Of a DNA stretch of 64,000 nucleotides, positions 56,812-64,000 are shown piece after piece (position 1 is the first letter of the stretch; each line of letters starts with the position of its first letter). The notes beneath the pieces were generated by a model that worked only from the letters and a program-made list of their open reading frames with translations, had not been told where the DNA came from and made no database searches. The position numbers and the translations under genes are program-made. Source of the DNA: Gemmatimonas sp. (GTDB taxonomy: Bacteria; Gemmatimonadota; Gemmatimonadetes; Gemmatimonadales; Gemmatimonadaceae); NCBI GenBank assembly GCA_031414535.1, contig JANNVQ010000034.1, forward strand, positions 30,594-94,593, in the 5' to 3' direction.

Positions 56812-58434
56812 ATGACGGATCGCCGCGATTTCCTCCGGACCACCGGAGCCGCTGCGGCCGCTGCCATCACCCTCGCGTCAGCTCCACGACGCGCCGGTGC
56901 GGCCCCGGCCCTCGATGACCTCGACCGCTTTCAAAGCGGTCTCTCCAAAGAACTCCTGCTGGACGCCATCAACGCCGCAAAGATGGCTGGCGCTTCGTAC
57001 GCCGACGCGCGCATCGCCCGCATCCGACAGAACTTCGTCGTCACGCGCGAACAGCAGATCGTCAACGTCGTGGATACCGACACCCTCGGCTGTGGCGTCA
57101 GGGCGCTCGTAGACGGATGCTGGGGCTTCGCGGCCACTCGCACCCTCACTCGCGATGCCGTGGCCGTAGCGGCCCGTGAGGCCGTCGCAATCGCCCGTGC
57201 TAACCGCGTGGCGCGCGATCGCTCGGTGGAACTCGCGCCGGTGCAGGCCTATCCCAATGCCTCGTGGCGCTCTCCGGCCGCACGCGATCCGTTCGAAGTG
57301 CCGCTTGAGGAGAAGGTTGATCTACTGCTCCGCGCCAACGCGGAAGCGATGAAAGTCCCGAACGTGAAGTTCGTAAACTCCATCCTCTTCTTCGTGAAGC
57401 AGGAAAAGCTCTTCGCGAGCACGGACGGTACGGTCACGGACCAGACGCTCATCCGCAGCTGGCCGCTGTTCACCGCCACCGCGGTCAAGCCGGACTTCAC
57501 CGACTTCCAGAGCCGCACCGCCGCCGAAGCCGCTCCAATGGGCCGCGGCTTCGAGTACGTGCAGTCCTGCGATCTCGTGGGCAACGCCAAGAAGTGGGCC
57601 GAGCAGGCCAACGAGAAGCTCACGGCGCGTCCGGTGGAGGTCGGTAAGTACGACCTCGTGCTGGCGCCGAGCAACATGTGGCTGACCATCCACGAGTCTA
57701 TTGGGCACCCCACGGAGTTGGACCGGGCCATGGGCTACGAGGCCAACTACGCCGGCACCAGCTTCATCGCGCCGCCGGAACGTCAACTCGGCATCCTCAA
57801 GTACGGGCCGAGCTTGATGAACATCCAGGGCGACCGCTCGCAGGAGGGCGCGCTCTCCACCATCGGTTACGACGACGACGGTGAGCGCCCGGATGACTTC
57901 TTGATTGTGAAGGAAGGGATGTTCAACGACTACCAGACCACGCGTGAGCAGGCGCCCTGGTTGCGCGAGTGGTACGCCAAGAGTGGCAAGGCTGTGCGCT
58001 CGCACGGCTGCTCCTATGCCGATTCCTGGGGCTCAGTGGCCTTCCAGCGCATGCCCAACGTCTCGTTGATGCCAGGCAACGACAACAAGTCCATGGACGA
58101 TCTCATCGCCGGCGTGGACCGTGGCATCGCCATTATCGGCGACGGGTCGTTCTCCATTGACCAGCAGCGCTACAACGCGCAGTTCGGCGGCCAGGTGTTC
58201 TATGAGATTCGCGGTGGCAAGCTCGCCGGCATGCTCAAGGACGTGGCTTACCAAATCCGCACACCGGATTTCTGGAACTCGATGGACGCCATTGGCGGCC
58301 GCGCCAGCTACGAGCTCGGCGGCTCCTTCTTCGACGGCAAGGGACAGCCCGGCCAGGTGAATGCCGTCAGTCACGGCTCACCGCCAGCACGATTCCGTCA
58401 GGTCAACGTGATCAACACCGGGAGGCAGGGATGA
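56812..58434 (+). CDS. TldD family metalloprotease with a twin-arginine signal peptide (copy 2)
   Basis: DRRDFLR...AGA signal; HESIGH; QRMPNV; paralog of 53831-55441. Confidence 0.92.
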   Translation: MTDRRDFLRTTGAAAAAAITLASAPRRAGAAPALDDLDRFQSGLSKELLLDAINAAKMAGASYADARIARIRQNFVVTREQQIVNVVDTDTLGCGVRALVDGCWGFAATRTLTRDAVAVAAREAVAIARANRVARDRSVELAPVQAYPNASWRSPAARDPFEVPLEEKVDLLLRANAEAMKVPNVKFVNSILFFVKQEKLFASTDGTVTDQTLIRSWPLFTATAVKPDFTDFQSRTAAEAAPMGRGFEYVQSCDLVGNAKKWAEQANEKLTARPVEVGKYDLVLAPSNMWLTIHESIGHPTELDRAMGYEANYAGTSFIAPPERQLGILKYGPSLMNIQGDRSQEGALSTIGYDDDGERPDDFLIVKEGMFNDYQTTREQAPWLREWYAKSGKAVRSHGCSYADSWGSVAFQRMPNVSLMPGNDNKSMDDLIAGVDRGIAIIGDGSFSIDQQRYNAQFGGQVFYEIRGGKLAGMLKDVAYQIRTPDFWNSMDAIGGRASYELGGSFFDGKGQPGQVNAVSHGSPPARFRQVNVINTGRQG

Positions 58435-59807
58435 GCGCGCCCAAGTCATTGAAGAACGGCATCCCGGCCGGAGCCGTGCTCTCGCGTGAGGATGCCCAGG
58501 CCATTTCTGAGCGTGTAATGCGCTTCTCCAAGGCCGATGGTATTGATATCCAGCTCGGCTCAAATCACACGAGCAACGTGCGCTTCGCCGATAACCAGAT
58601 GAGCACGGCGGGTGCCGTGACCGACGCTGGCTTGGCGGTGCAGAGTTGGTTCGGGCCCAAGCACGCCGTGGTCACCACCAACGATCTCTCTGAGGCCTCG
58701 CTGCGTCGCTGCGTGGAGCAATCGGAGGTGTTGGCGCGGCTCGCACCGGACGATCCCGAAGCGATGCCGCTGATTGAACCGCAGCAATACGCGCCCGTCG
58801 AGGCCTACTTCGACAGCACGGCGGCCACGGACGCGGCGCAGCGTGCGCGTGCCGCGCTGACGGCCCTCGAGCCCACGCGACGTGCCGGCGATCTGAAGGC
58901 CGCAGGATTTCTGGTCGTGGGCGCCGGCGCCAACATCCTCGCTAACAGCAAGGGGATGTTCGCCTATCACCGCAGCACGAGCACCAACTACACGCTCACC
59001 GTGCGCACCAGCGATGGCACGGGCTCTGGCTGGGCCGCCGCGGACCATCCAGATTGGAATCAGGTGGACTTCGCGCGCATCTCGGCGCGTGCCATCGAGA
59101 AGGCCCGGGCCTCGCGTGAACCTCGCGCCATCGAGCCGGGCCGCTATACCGTCATTCTCGAGCCACAGGCCGTCGGCGATCTCGTGCAGCTCATCACCGG
59201 CTACGCCGACGCGCGCCTCTCCGACGAGGGACGCTCACCATTCTCTAAGCAGGGCGGCGGCAATAAGCTCGGCGAGAAGATTGTGGACGAGCGCGTCACG
59301 CTGTTTTCTGACCCCGCCGATGCACAGCTACTCGGTCAGCCATTCGACGGCGAAGGCATGCGGCTCGCGCGTCAGGTCTGGGTGGAGAATGGCAACTTGA
59401 AGACGTTGCAGACCTCGCGATTCTGGGCGAAGAAGCAAAATGTTGTTGCGACTGGGGGTGCTACATCGTTGAAGATGCAGGGGGGCACGAGCTCGATTGA
59501 TGAGATGATTCGCAGCACCGAGCGCGGCATTTTAGTCACCCGACTTTGGTATTTGCGCGAAGTCGATCCACGCACCATTCTTTATACGGGCTTGACACGA
59601 GACGGAACTTTCCTTATCGAACAGGGAAGAATTTCTCGCTCAATTCGTAATTTGCGTTTCAATGAGTCGCCGCTGTTTATGTTGAACAATCTGGAAATGC
59701 TCGGCGTTTCAGAGCGACTTGCGGGGACAGAAGCTGGTGGAAGCGTTGTGATGCCAGCTTTGAAGGTTCGCGATTTCAACTTCACCAGCCTGTCCGAGGC
59801 TGTCTGA
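58431..59807 (+). CDS. PmbA/TldE family partner subunit (copy 2)
   Basis: Same motifs as 55441-56811; no signal peptide. Confidence 0.88.
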   Translation: MSAPKSLKNGIPAGAVLSREDAQAISERVMRFSKADGIDIQLGSNHTSNVRFADNQMSTAGAVTDAGLAVQSWFGPKHAVVTTNDLSEASLRRCVEQSEVLARLAPDDPEAMPLIEPQQYAPVEAYFDSTAATDAAQRARAALTALEPTRRAGDLKAAGFLVVGAGANILANSKGMFAYHRSTSTNYTLTVRTSDGTGSGWAAADHPDWNQVDFARISARAIEKARASREPRAIEPGRYTVILEPQAVGDLVQLITGYADARLSDEGRSPFSKQGGGNKLGEKIVDERVTLFSDPADAQLLGQPFDGEGMRLARQVWVENGNLKTLQTSRFWAKKQNVVATGGATSLKMQGGTSSIDEMIRSTERGILVTRLWYLREVDPRTILYTGLTRDGTFLIEQGRISRSIRNLRFNESPLFMLNNLEMLGVSERLAGTEAGGSVVMPALKVRDFNFTSLSEAV

Positions 59808-59812
59808 TTTCT

Positions 59813-59916
59813 GATCCGGGATTCACCGGATCGCACGAAATGCGAAAGTGGAAACACTTTCGTATGACCCACCGATCCACCGGGGGATCGGCCGGGATGA
59901 CCACTCCTTTCAGGAG
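59813..59916 (+). promoter_or_regulatory. Structured leader upstream of the microprotein gene
   Basis: Hairpins at 59813-59832, 59841-59864 (GAAA tetraloop) and 59872-59891, plus CTCCT-TTC-AGGAG covering the SD. Confidence 0.5.
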
Positions 59917-59924
59917 ATAGTACC

Positions 59925-59987
59925 ATGGCTGCCAAGAAGAAGGCTGCAAAGAAGGCCACCAAGAAGAAGGCCGCGAAGAAGAAGTAG
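59925..59987 (+). CDS. 20-aa Lys/Ala-rich microprotein MAAKKKAAKKATKKKAAKKK (histone H1-like composition)
   Basis: AGGAG 8 nt before ATG, all Lys codons AAG, dedicated terminator; below the ORF-track size cutoff. Confidence 0.8.
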   Translation: MAAKKKAAKKATKKKAAKKK

Positions 59988-60004
59988 TTCTGGCCAGCTT
60001 CACA

Positions 60005-60048
60005 CACACGGGGATCGTCGCGAGAGCGGCGGTCCCCGTGTGCTTTTT
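60005..60048 (+). terminator. Intrinsic terminator of the microprotein gene
   Basis: CACACGGGGATCGTCGC-GAGA-GCGGCGGTCCCCGTGTG followed by CTTTTT. Confidence 0.85.
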
Positions 60049-60135
60049 GGACGAATGACGGATGACGGATGCACAAAGCCGAAGGGGGCACCGAGCTTAG
60101 CTCAGCGCCCCCATCAAGCTTCCGTCATCCGTCTT
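60049..60135. repeat. (GACGGAT)n inverted pair enclosing a hairpin
   Basis: GGACGAATGACGGATGACGGATGC (60049-60072) and truncated GCTTCCGTCATCCGTCTT (60118-60135). Confidence 0.85.
60084..60112 (-). terminator. Hairpin, probable terminator of the 51-aa gene
   Basis: Minus strand GGGGGCGCTGAGC-TAA-GCTCGGTGCCCCC then TTCGGCTTT. Confidence 0.6.
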
Positions 60136-60291
60136 TTACGCCGCTTCGTCCTTCGACAAATCGGATTCGTCCGGTACCGGCCCCCACACATACGCGCTGA
60201 AACGCGGCGTCGCCTCATCCCGGCTTCCACGCGAAATGACGATGCCCACCGGCTCCTGCTCGAGTTCCACTGCCATAGCGATTTCTACCAT
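60136..60291 (-). CDS. Small hypothetical protein (51 aa)
   Basis: MVEIAMAVELEQEPVGIVISRG...FSAYVWGPVP; SD GAGGGG before ATG 60291; own terminator. Confidence 0.65.
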   Translation of the reverse strand: MVEIAMAVELEQEPVGIVISRGSRDEATPRFSAYVWGPVPDESDLSKDEAA

Positions 60292-60496
60292 ATAATGTCC
60301 CCTCCTATGGGGACGGAGTGTCGTACGGCGCTCACCATTTCTCGACGCGCCTTCATATGATAGACTCCGCATCTCTAGTGCCAGTTTCCGACAGCACTTA
60401 AGTGCTTTGTTAGCAACACTTTGTGCGACTAGTCGAAAGGCCAAGAAACACTGTGTGTCGCAGAGTGACACTGCCTGCAAGTGCCGCTACGTGTCG

Positions 60497-61279
60497 CTAC
60501 GCCACGTGCTTCGTTGCCACGAATGTCTTGGTCGCACCTGGCTCCGGGACGAGCTTGATGTCCCAGCCGTTGTACTGGCTGCGCAACTCGTCCTCAGTCA
60601 GCACCGCCTGGCCCGCAACGATGGTCTCAATCAGGTGGACCCCGCCATCGAGCGTGGCGCGCTGCAGGATTGCGATCACCTGCTCCCGCTCAAATGCGGA
60701 GAGTCCTGCGAAGGCAGCCGGCGTGCACACCACCGCCGCCAGCGGACCATCCGGCGTGAAGCTCACCAAGTCGGCAACGAAGCCGCGGAGCTTCTCCGTC
60801 AGCCCCGCATCCTGCGCCGCGCTCAGCACGCGGTTCACCACGGCCACCTCGCTCTCCACGGCCGTCACTTCGCAGCCGTTCGCCGCAAAGTAGAGGGCCG
60901 AGCCTTCGATGCGCGGTCCCGCGACCAACACCGATCCCGCTGAGGCGTGCAGCGGAATGGCCTGCGATAGCGGCGTGTCGGGCCGTAAGCCCCAATGTTC
61001 CGGCCTGCGCAGCTCGTTCGCGTTCTTGAGCAGGCGCTTCCGCCAAGTCTCGTACGCTGGAATGCGCAAACGCGCTACGATGATCTTGTCCACTTCATCC
61101 GCGAGCATCACTTCGCGCATACCCAGCTGCGCCCCCTCGTCCAGCGTGCGGGCAGCATCCGTCGCAATGCTGTGCAAAAACGCTGTCGAGACGGAGTTCT
61201 TGTAATCCTCCACTTCGCGCTCGACGTACAGCTGGTACTCGGCGCGGAGAGAACGGGGCGAATTGCGCGGCGCCATCAA
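60497..61279 (-). CDS. Hypothetical protein with a degenerate class I SAM-methyltransferase-like C-terminal domain
   Basis: VLVAG...GSALYFAANGCEVTAVE and LQ.AT..GGVHLI resemble the TehB-like fold. Confidence 0.55.
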   Translation of the reverse strand: MMAPRNSPRSLRAEYQLYVEREVEDYKNSVSTAFLHSIATDAARTLDEGAQLGMREVMLADEVDKIIVARLRIPAYETWRKRLLKNANELRRPEHWGLRPDTPLSQAIPLHASAGSVLVAGPRIEGSALYFAANGCEVTAVESEVAVVNRVLSAAQDAGLTEKLRGFVADLVSFTPDGPLAAVVCTPAAFAGLSAFEREQVIAILQRATLDGGVHLIETIVAGQAVLTEDELRSQYNGWDIKLVPEPGATKTFVATKHVA

Positions 61280-62136
61280 CTCGGCTCGATGTGCACGACG
61301 ACGTCCGTGGTTCCACCGAGGGCCGCCGCAACTGCCGACTCCACGGCGTCGGCAATCTCATGGCCTGCGGCGATGCTCGCCTCGCCAGACACGGTGATCG
61401 TCACCTCCACATAGACCAAGCCGGAGCTGTTCGTACGCGAACGAATTGTGCGGGCGCCCGTCACGCCCGCGACGCCGCAGGCCGCCCCGCGGATACGATC
61501 GGCGTCCACAGCCCGTTCATCCACCAACACGGGCACCGTCACACGCAGAATCTGCCAGCCGCTGTAAGCAATGATGCCAGCCACCATGACGGCCAGCACG
61601 GGGTCGGCAAACGATACGCCCATGCGCGCGCCAATCAAGGACACCACAGCAAGCGCCGTCACCAGCAAATCGCCAGCCGTGTGCGCCGCGTCCGCGGCGA
61701 GCAACGCCGAGTTCAGCTCCCGTGCCTTACGCCGCTCGTACCACACCACGGCGACGTTCACGATGGCCGTAGACCCCAGCAGTACCAGTTCCCAAGTTGC
61801 CGGCTGCGTGGGCGGCACCGCACCCAAGAATCGCGCGGCAGCGCCACGCAGCAACTCGTAGCAAGAAATGGACAGAAACACGACGATTCCCAGCGCGCCC
61901 ATCGTCTCAAACTTGTCGTGGCCGTAGGGATGGTCTTCGTCCGGCCCGCGCGCTGCCACGGACACCACGACCATCGCCACCACGTTATTCAGGGCATCGA
62001 GGAAACTCTCGAAGGTCGCGCCGAGCACCGTGAGGTTGCTCGTGCGCAGCGCTACGGTCAGCTTCACCGCAACCACCACGGCATTGAGCACCAGAATGAT
62101 GCCGAGGGTCCGCTGGATTCCCGCTACGCGCGTCAT
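61276..62136 (-). CDS. Cation diffusion facilitator family transporter
   Basis: PDEDHPYGHDKFE, ADAAH..GD, ADP, GHEIAD.VE, VVVHIEP; start ATG 62136. Confidence 0.93.
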   Translation of the reverse strand: MTRVAGIQRTLGIILVLNAVVVAVKLTVALRTSNLTVLGATFESFLDALNNVVAMVVVSVAARGPDEDHPYGHDKFETMGALGIVVFLSISCYELLRGAAARFLGAVPPTQPATWELVLLGSTAIVNVAVVWYERRKARELNSALLAADAAHTAGDLLVTALAVVSLIGARMGVSFADPVLAVMVAGIIAYSGWQILRVTVPVLVDERAVDADRIRGAACGVAGVTGARTIRSRTNSSGLVYVEVTITVSGEASIAAGHEIADAVESAVAAALGGTTDVVVHIEPS

Positions 62137-62153
62137 CCTACAAGATTCACTGA

Positions 62154-62939
62154 ATGCCTGAGCTACCGGAAGTCGAGTTTGCAATTCGCCGCCTGCGTCG
62201 CGCCGTCCGTGGGCGCAAACTTGTGCAATTGCGCGCGCATCACCCCTCGCAGCGCAAAACGGTCACGGCCAAAGTTGCGGAGGCCGTGTCTGGTCGCTTG
62301 ATCCGGGACGTGGAACGTCGCGGCAAGCACCAACTGCTCCATCTCGACGATGGCGCAACCTTGCTCGTCCACTTCCGGATGGACGGCGACTGGGTCCTCG
62401 GTCGGCGCGATACCGCCCTGCCACCACACGCCCGCGTCACCTTTGACTTGAGCGACGGGCGGCGCGCCGTCCTCGTGGACCCCCGCGCCCTCTGTACTGT
62501 CACCTGGCACGCGCCGGGCAAGCCGCCCGAGCTTGGGCTCGGCCCCGAACCGGAAAGCAAGAACTTCAGTGCAAGCGAACTCCGCGAGCGCCTGCAAAAG
62601 AAGCGCGGCCCCATCAAACCCGCATTGCTCGATCAGGCGCTCATCGCCGGCGTTGGCAACATCTACGCTGCCGAGGCCTGCTGGCACGCAAAGATCTCCC
62701 CTCGCGCTATCGCCAACTCACTCAGCGCCGCAAGGGCAGAGTCCCTCCTGAAGGGCATCCGCACCGCACTCGCGGATGGTCACGTCAACGCTGGGCGCTA
62801 TCACAAGGGCGAGCGCCTCATCCCCTTCAACGTCTACGACCGCGAAGGCGAACCCTGCCCGCGTTGTAGCACTCCCATCGCGCGCATTGCCCAAGCTGGC
62901 CGTAGCACCTACTTCTGCCGCATCTGTCAGCGCCGATAG
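62154..62939 (+). CDS. mutM: Fpg/Nei family DNA glycosylase
   Basis: MPELPEVE, RRGK, HFRMDG, LLDQ..IAGVGNIYA.E, zinc finger CPRC...RSTYFC..CQ; may be a paralog of the main fpg. Confidence 0.9.
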   Translation: MPELPEVEFAIRRLRRAVRGRKLVQLRAHHPSQRKTVTAKVAEAVSGRLIRDVERRGKHQLLHLDDGATLLVHFRMDGDWVLGRRDTALPPHARVTFDLSDGRRAVLVDPRALCTVTWHAPGKPPELGLGPEPESKNFSASELRERLQKKRGPIKPALLDQALIAGVGNIYAAEACWHAKISPRAIANSLSAARAESLLKGIRTALADGHVNAGRYHKGERLIPFNVYDREGEPCPRCSTPIARIAQAGRSTYFCRICQRR

Positions 62940-62946
62940 AAACTGC

Positions 62947-63090
62947 ATTCACCACGGAGGCACGGAGTCACGGAGAACTACGAAAGCAGGCCAATGCCTA
63001 AGGGATCCGCACCGGAGTTTTCAGTGAGGACCCCCAAATGCAGTTGCTCGCTTCTGTAGTTCTCCGAGCCTCCGTGCCTCCGTGGTGAAT
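62947..63090. repeat. 35-bp inverted repeat built from CACGGAGN octamers, 74-nt spacer
   Basis: ATTCACCACGGAGGCACGGAGTCACGGAGAACTAC (62947-62981) and GTAGTTCTCCGAGCCTCCGTGCCTCCGTGGTGAAT (63056-63090), 33/35 complementary. Confidence 0.9.
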
Positions 63091-63096
63091 CGCCGT

Positions 63097-64000
63097 TCAG
63101 TCCCCAGCCTCGAGCAAAGCCCCCTTCAGATACCCCGTCTCCGGAATCGTCAACACCTCCGGATGATCCGCCGGCTGCCCCGTCACCGCGCGCAGTATCA
63201 TCCGCCGTCCCGAGTGCGCCGCCGCCTCGCGAATCATCGACAAAAACTCCGGCTTCGTTAGATGATACGAGCAACTCGCCGTATACAGCATGCCCCCCGG
63301 CGCCAGCAACTTCATCGCGCGGAAGTTGATATCGCGATACCCACGAATCGCCCCGGCCAACGACGCCCGATTCTTGGCAAACGCGGGCGGATCTACCACG
63401 ATGGTGTCGTAGCGCGCCCCTCGCTTCTCCTCGTCTCGCAGAAAATCGAAGGCGTCCGCTTCCACTGGCTCAATGTTCACCAGTCCGTTGAGCTCTGCAT
63501 TTGCATGAACACGCGCCAACGCCGCCGCCGAGGCGTCCACCGCCCGCACCTGCGCCGCGCGTCGGGCTAGGTGGAGCGCGAAGGAGCCATGATACGAGAA
63601 CACATCGAGGGCGCGTCCGCGCGCCACACTCCCAATCAGGACCCGCGCTTCGCGCTGATCCAAGAATGCGCCCGTCTTCTGACCCGTGTGCGGCGCGGCG
63701 ATGTACTTCACACCGTGCTCGCGCACCTCGACCGTCTCCGGCACGCTCCCGTACAGGGTCTCGACGCCTTTCGTCAGCGCCTCGCGCGAGCGCACCGACG
63801 CATCGTTGCGCGCCAGGACGCCCTCCGCGCCCGTGAGCGCGACAAGCGCCTCAACAATCGGTGCCCGGAAGGCTTCGAGACCTGCCGAGAGAAGCTGCAC
63901 CACCAACCAGCGGTCGTAGCGATCCACCACTAACGACGGCAAGCCGTCACCCTCGCCGTGCACGAGGCGGCAGGCGTTCGTGTCGTCTTCAAGGATTCCC
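63097..64000 (-). CDS. RlmI-like class I SAM-dependent rRNA methyltransferase, 5' end outside the window
   Basis: HGEGDGLP.L.VDRY, GQKTGAFLDQR, LDVFSY.GSF, DPPAFAK, SCS, DHP...PETGYLK. Confidence 0.9.
   Translation of the reverse strand, partial: GILEDDTNACRLVHGEGDGLPSLVVDRYDRWLVVQLLSAGLEAFRAPIVEALVALTGAEGVLARNDASVRSREALTKGVETLYGSVPETVEVREHGVKYIAAPHTGQKTGAFLDQREARVLIGSVARGRALDVFSYHGSFALHLARRAAQVRAVDASAAALARVHANAELNGLVNIEPVEADAFDFLRDEEKRGARYDTIVVDPPAFAKNRASLAGAIRGYRDINFRAMKLLAPGGMLYTASCSYHLTKPEFLSMIREAAAHSGRRMILRAVTGQPADHPEVLTIPETGYLKGALLEAGD

Noticed and set aside
59833..59900. c-di-GMP-I riboswitch in the microprotein leader
   Set aside because: A GAAA tetraloop is present, but I could not find the conserved flanking nucleotides or a tetraloop receptor.
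2949..60135. Heptamer repeats as a CRISPR array
   Set aside because: Copies are dispersed and inverted, not direct repeats with regular spacers, and there are no cas genes.

Overview
GC-rich bacterial chromosomal segment. Gene content and style suggest Gemmatimonadota (inference, not searched). It is mostly housekeeping: ruvB-ruvA-ruvC-yebC, an MsbA-type transporter and lipid A acyltransferase, prfC, tyrS, PBP1A, ilvE, an NtrY/NtrX-like pair, kbl-tdh, an Fpg/Nei glycosylase and an RlmI-like methyltransferase. Accessory blocks are a five-gene signalling cluster (14.0-22.4 kb), three paralogous lipoproteins ending in a 1794-aa repeat protein (43.6-50.7 kb), an orphan formate dehydrogenase alpha subunit, and a tandem pair of TldD/PmbA modules whose TldD subunits carry twin-arginine signal peptides. 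I saw no rRNA, tRNA, CRISPR array, transposase or integrase. The strongest leads are: (1) a 20-aa Lys/Ala microprotein gene missing from the ORF track, with its own SD, structured leader and terminator; (2) a dispersed (GACGGAT)n 24-bp repeat family, mostly in inverted pairs at gene junctions, with one copy inside a signal peptide; (3) Tat-signal TldD proteins with Asp at the usual Cys metal-ligand position; (4) the three-lipoprotein surface operon; (5) recurrent -10 boxes 6 nt upstream of start codons, suggesting leaderless genes. All family calls come from motif recognition by eye.
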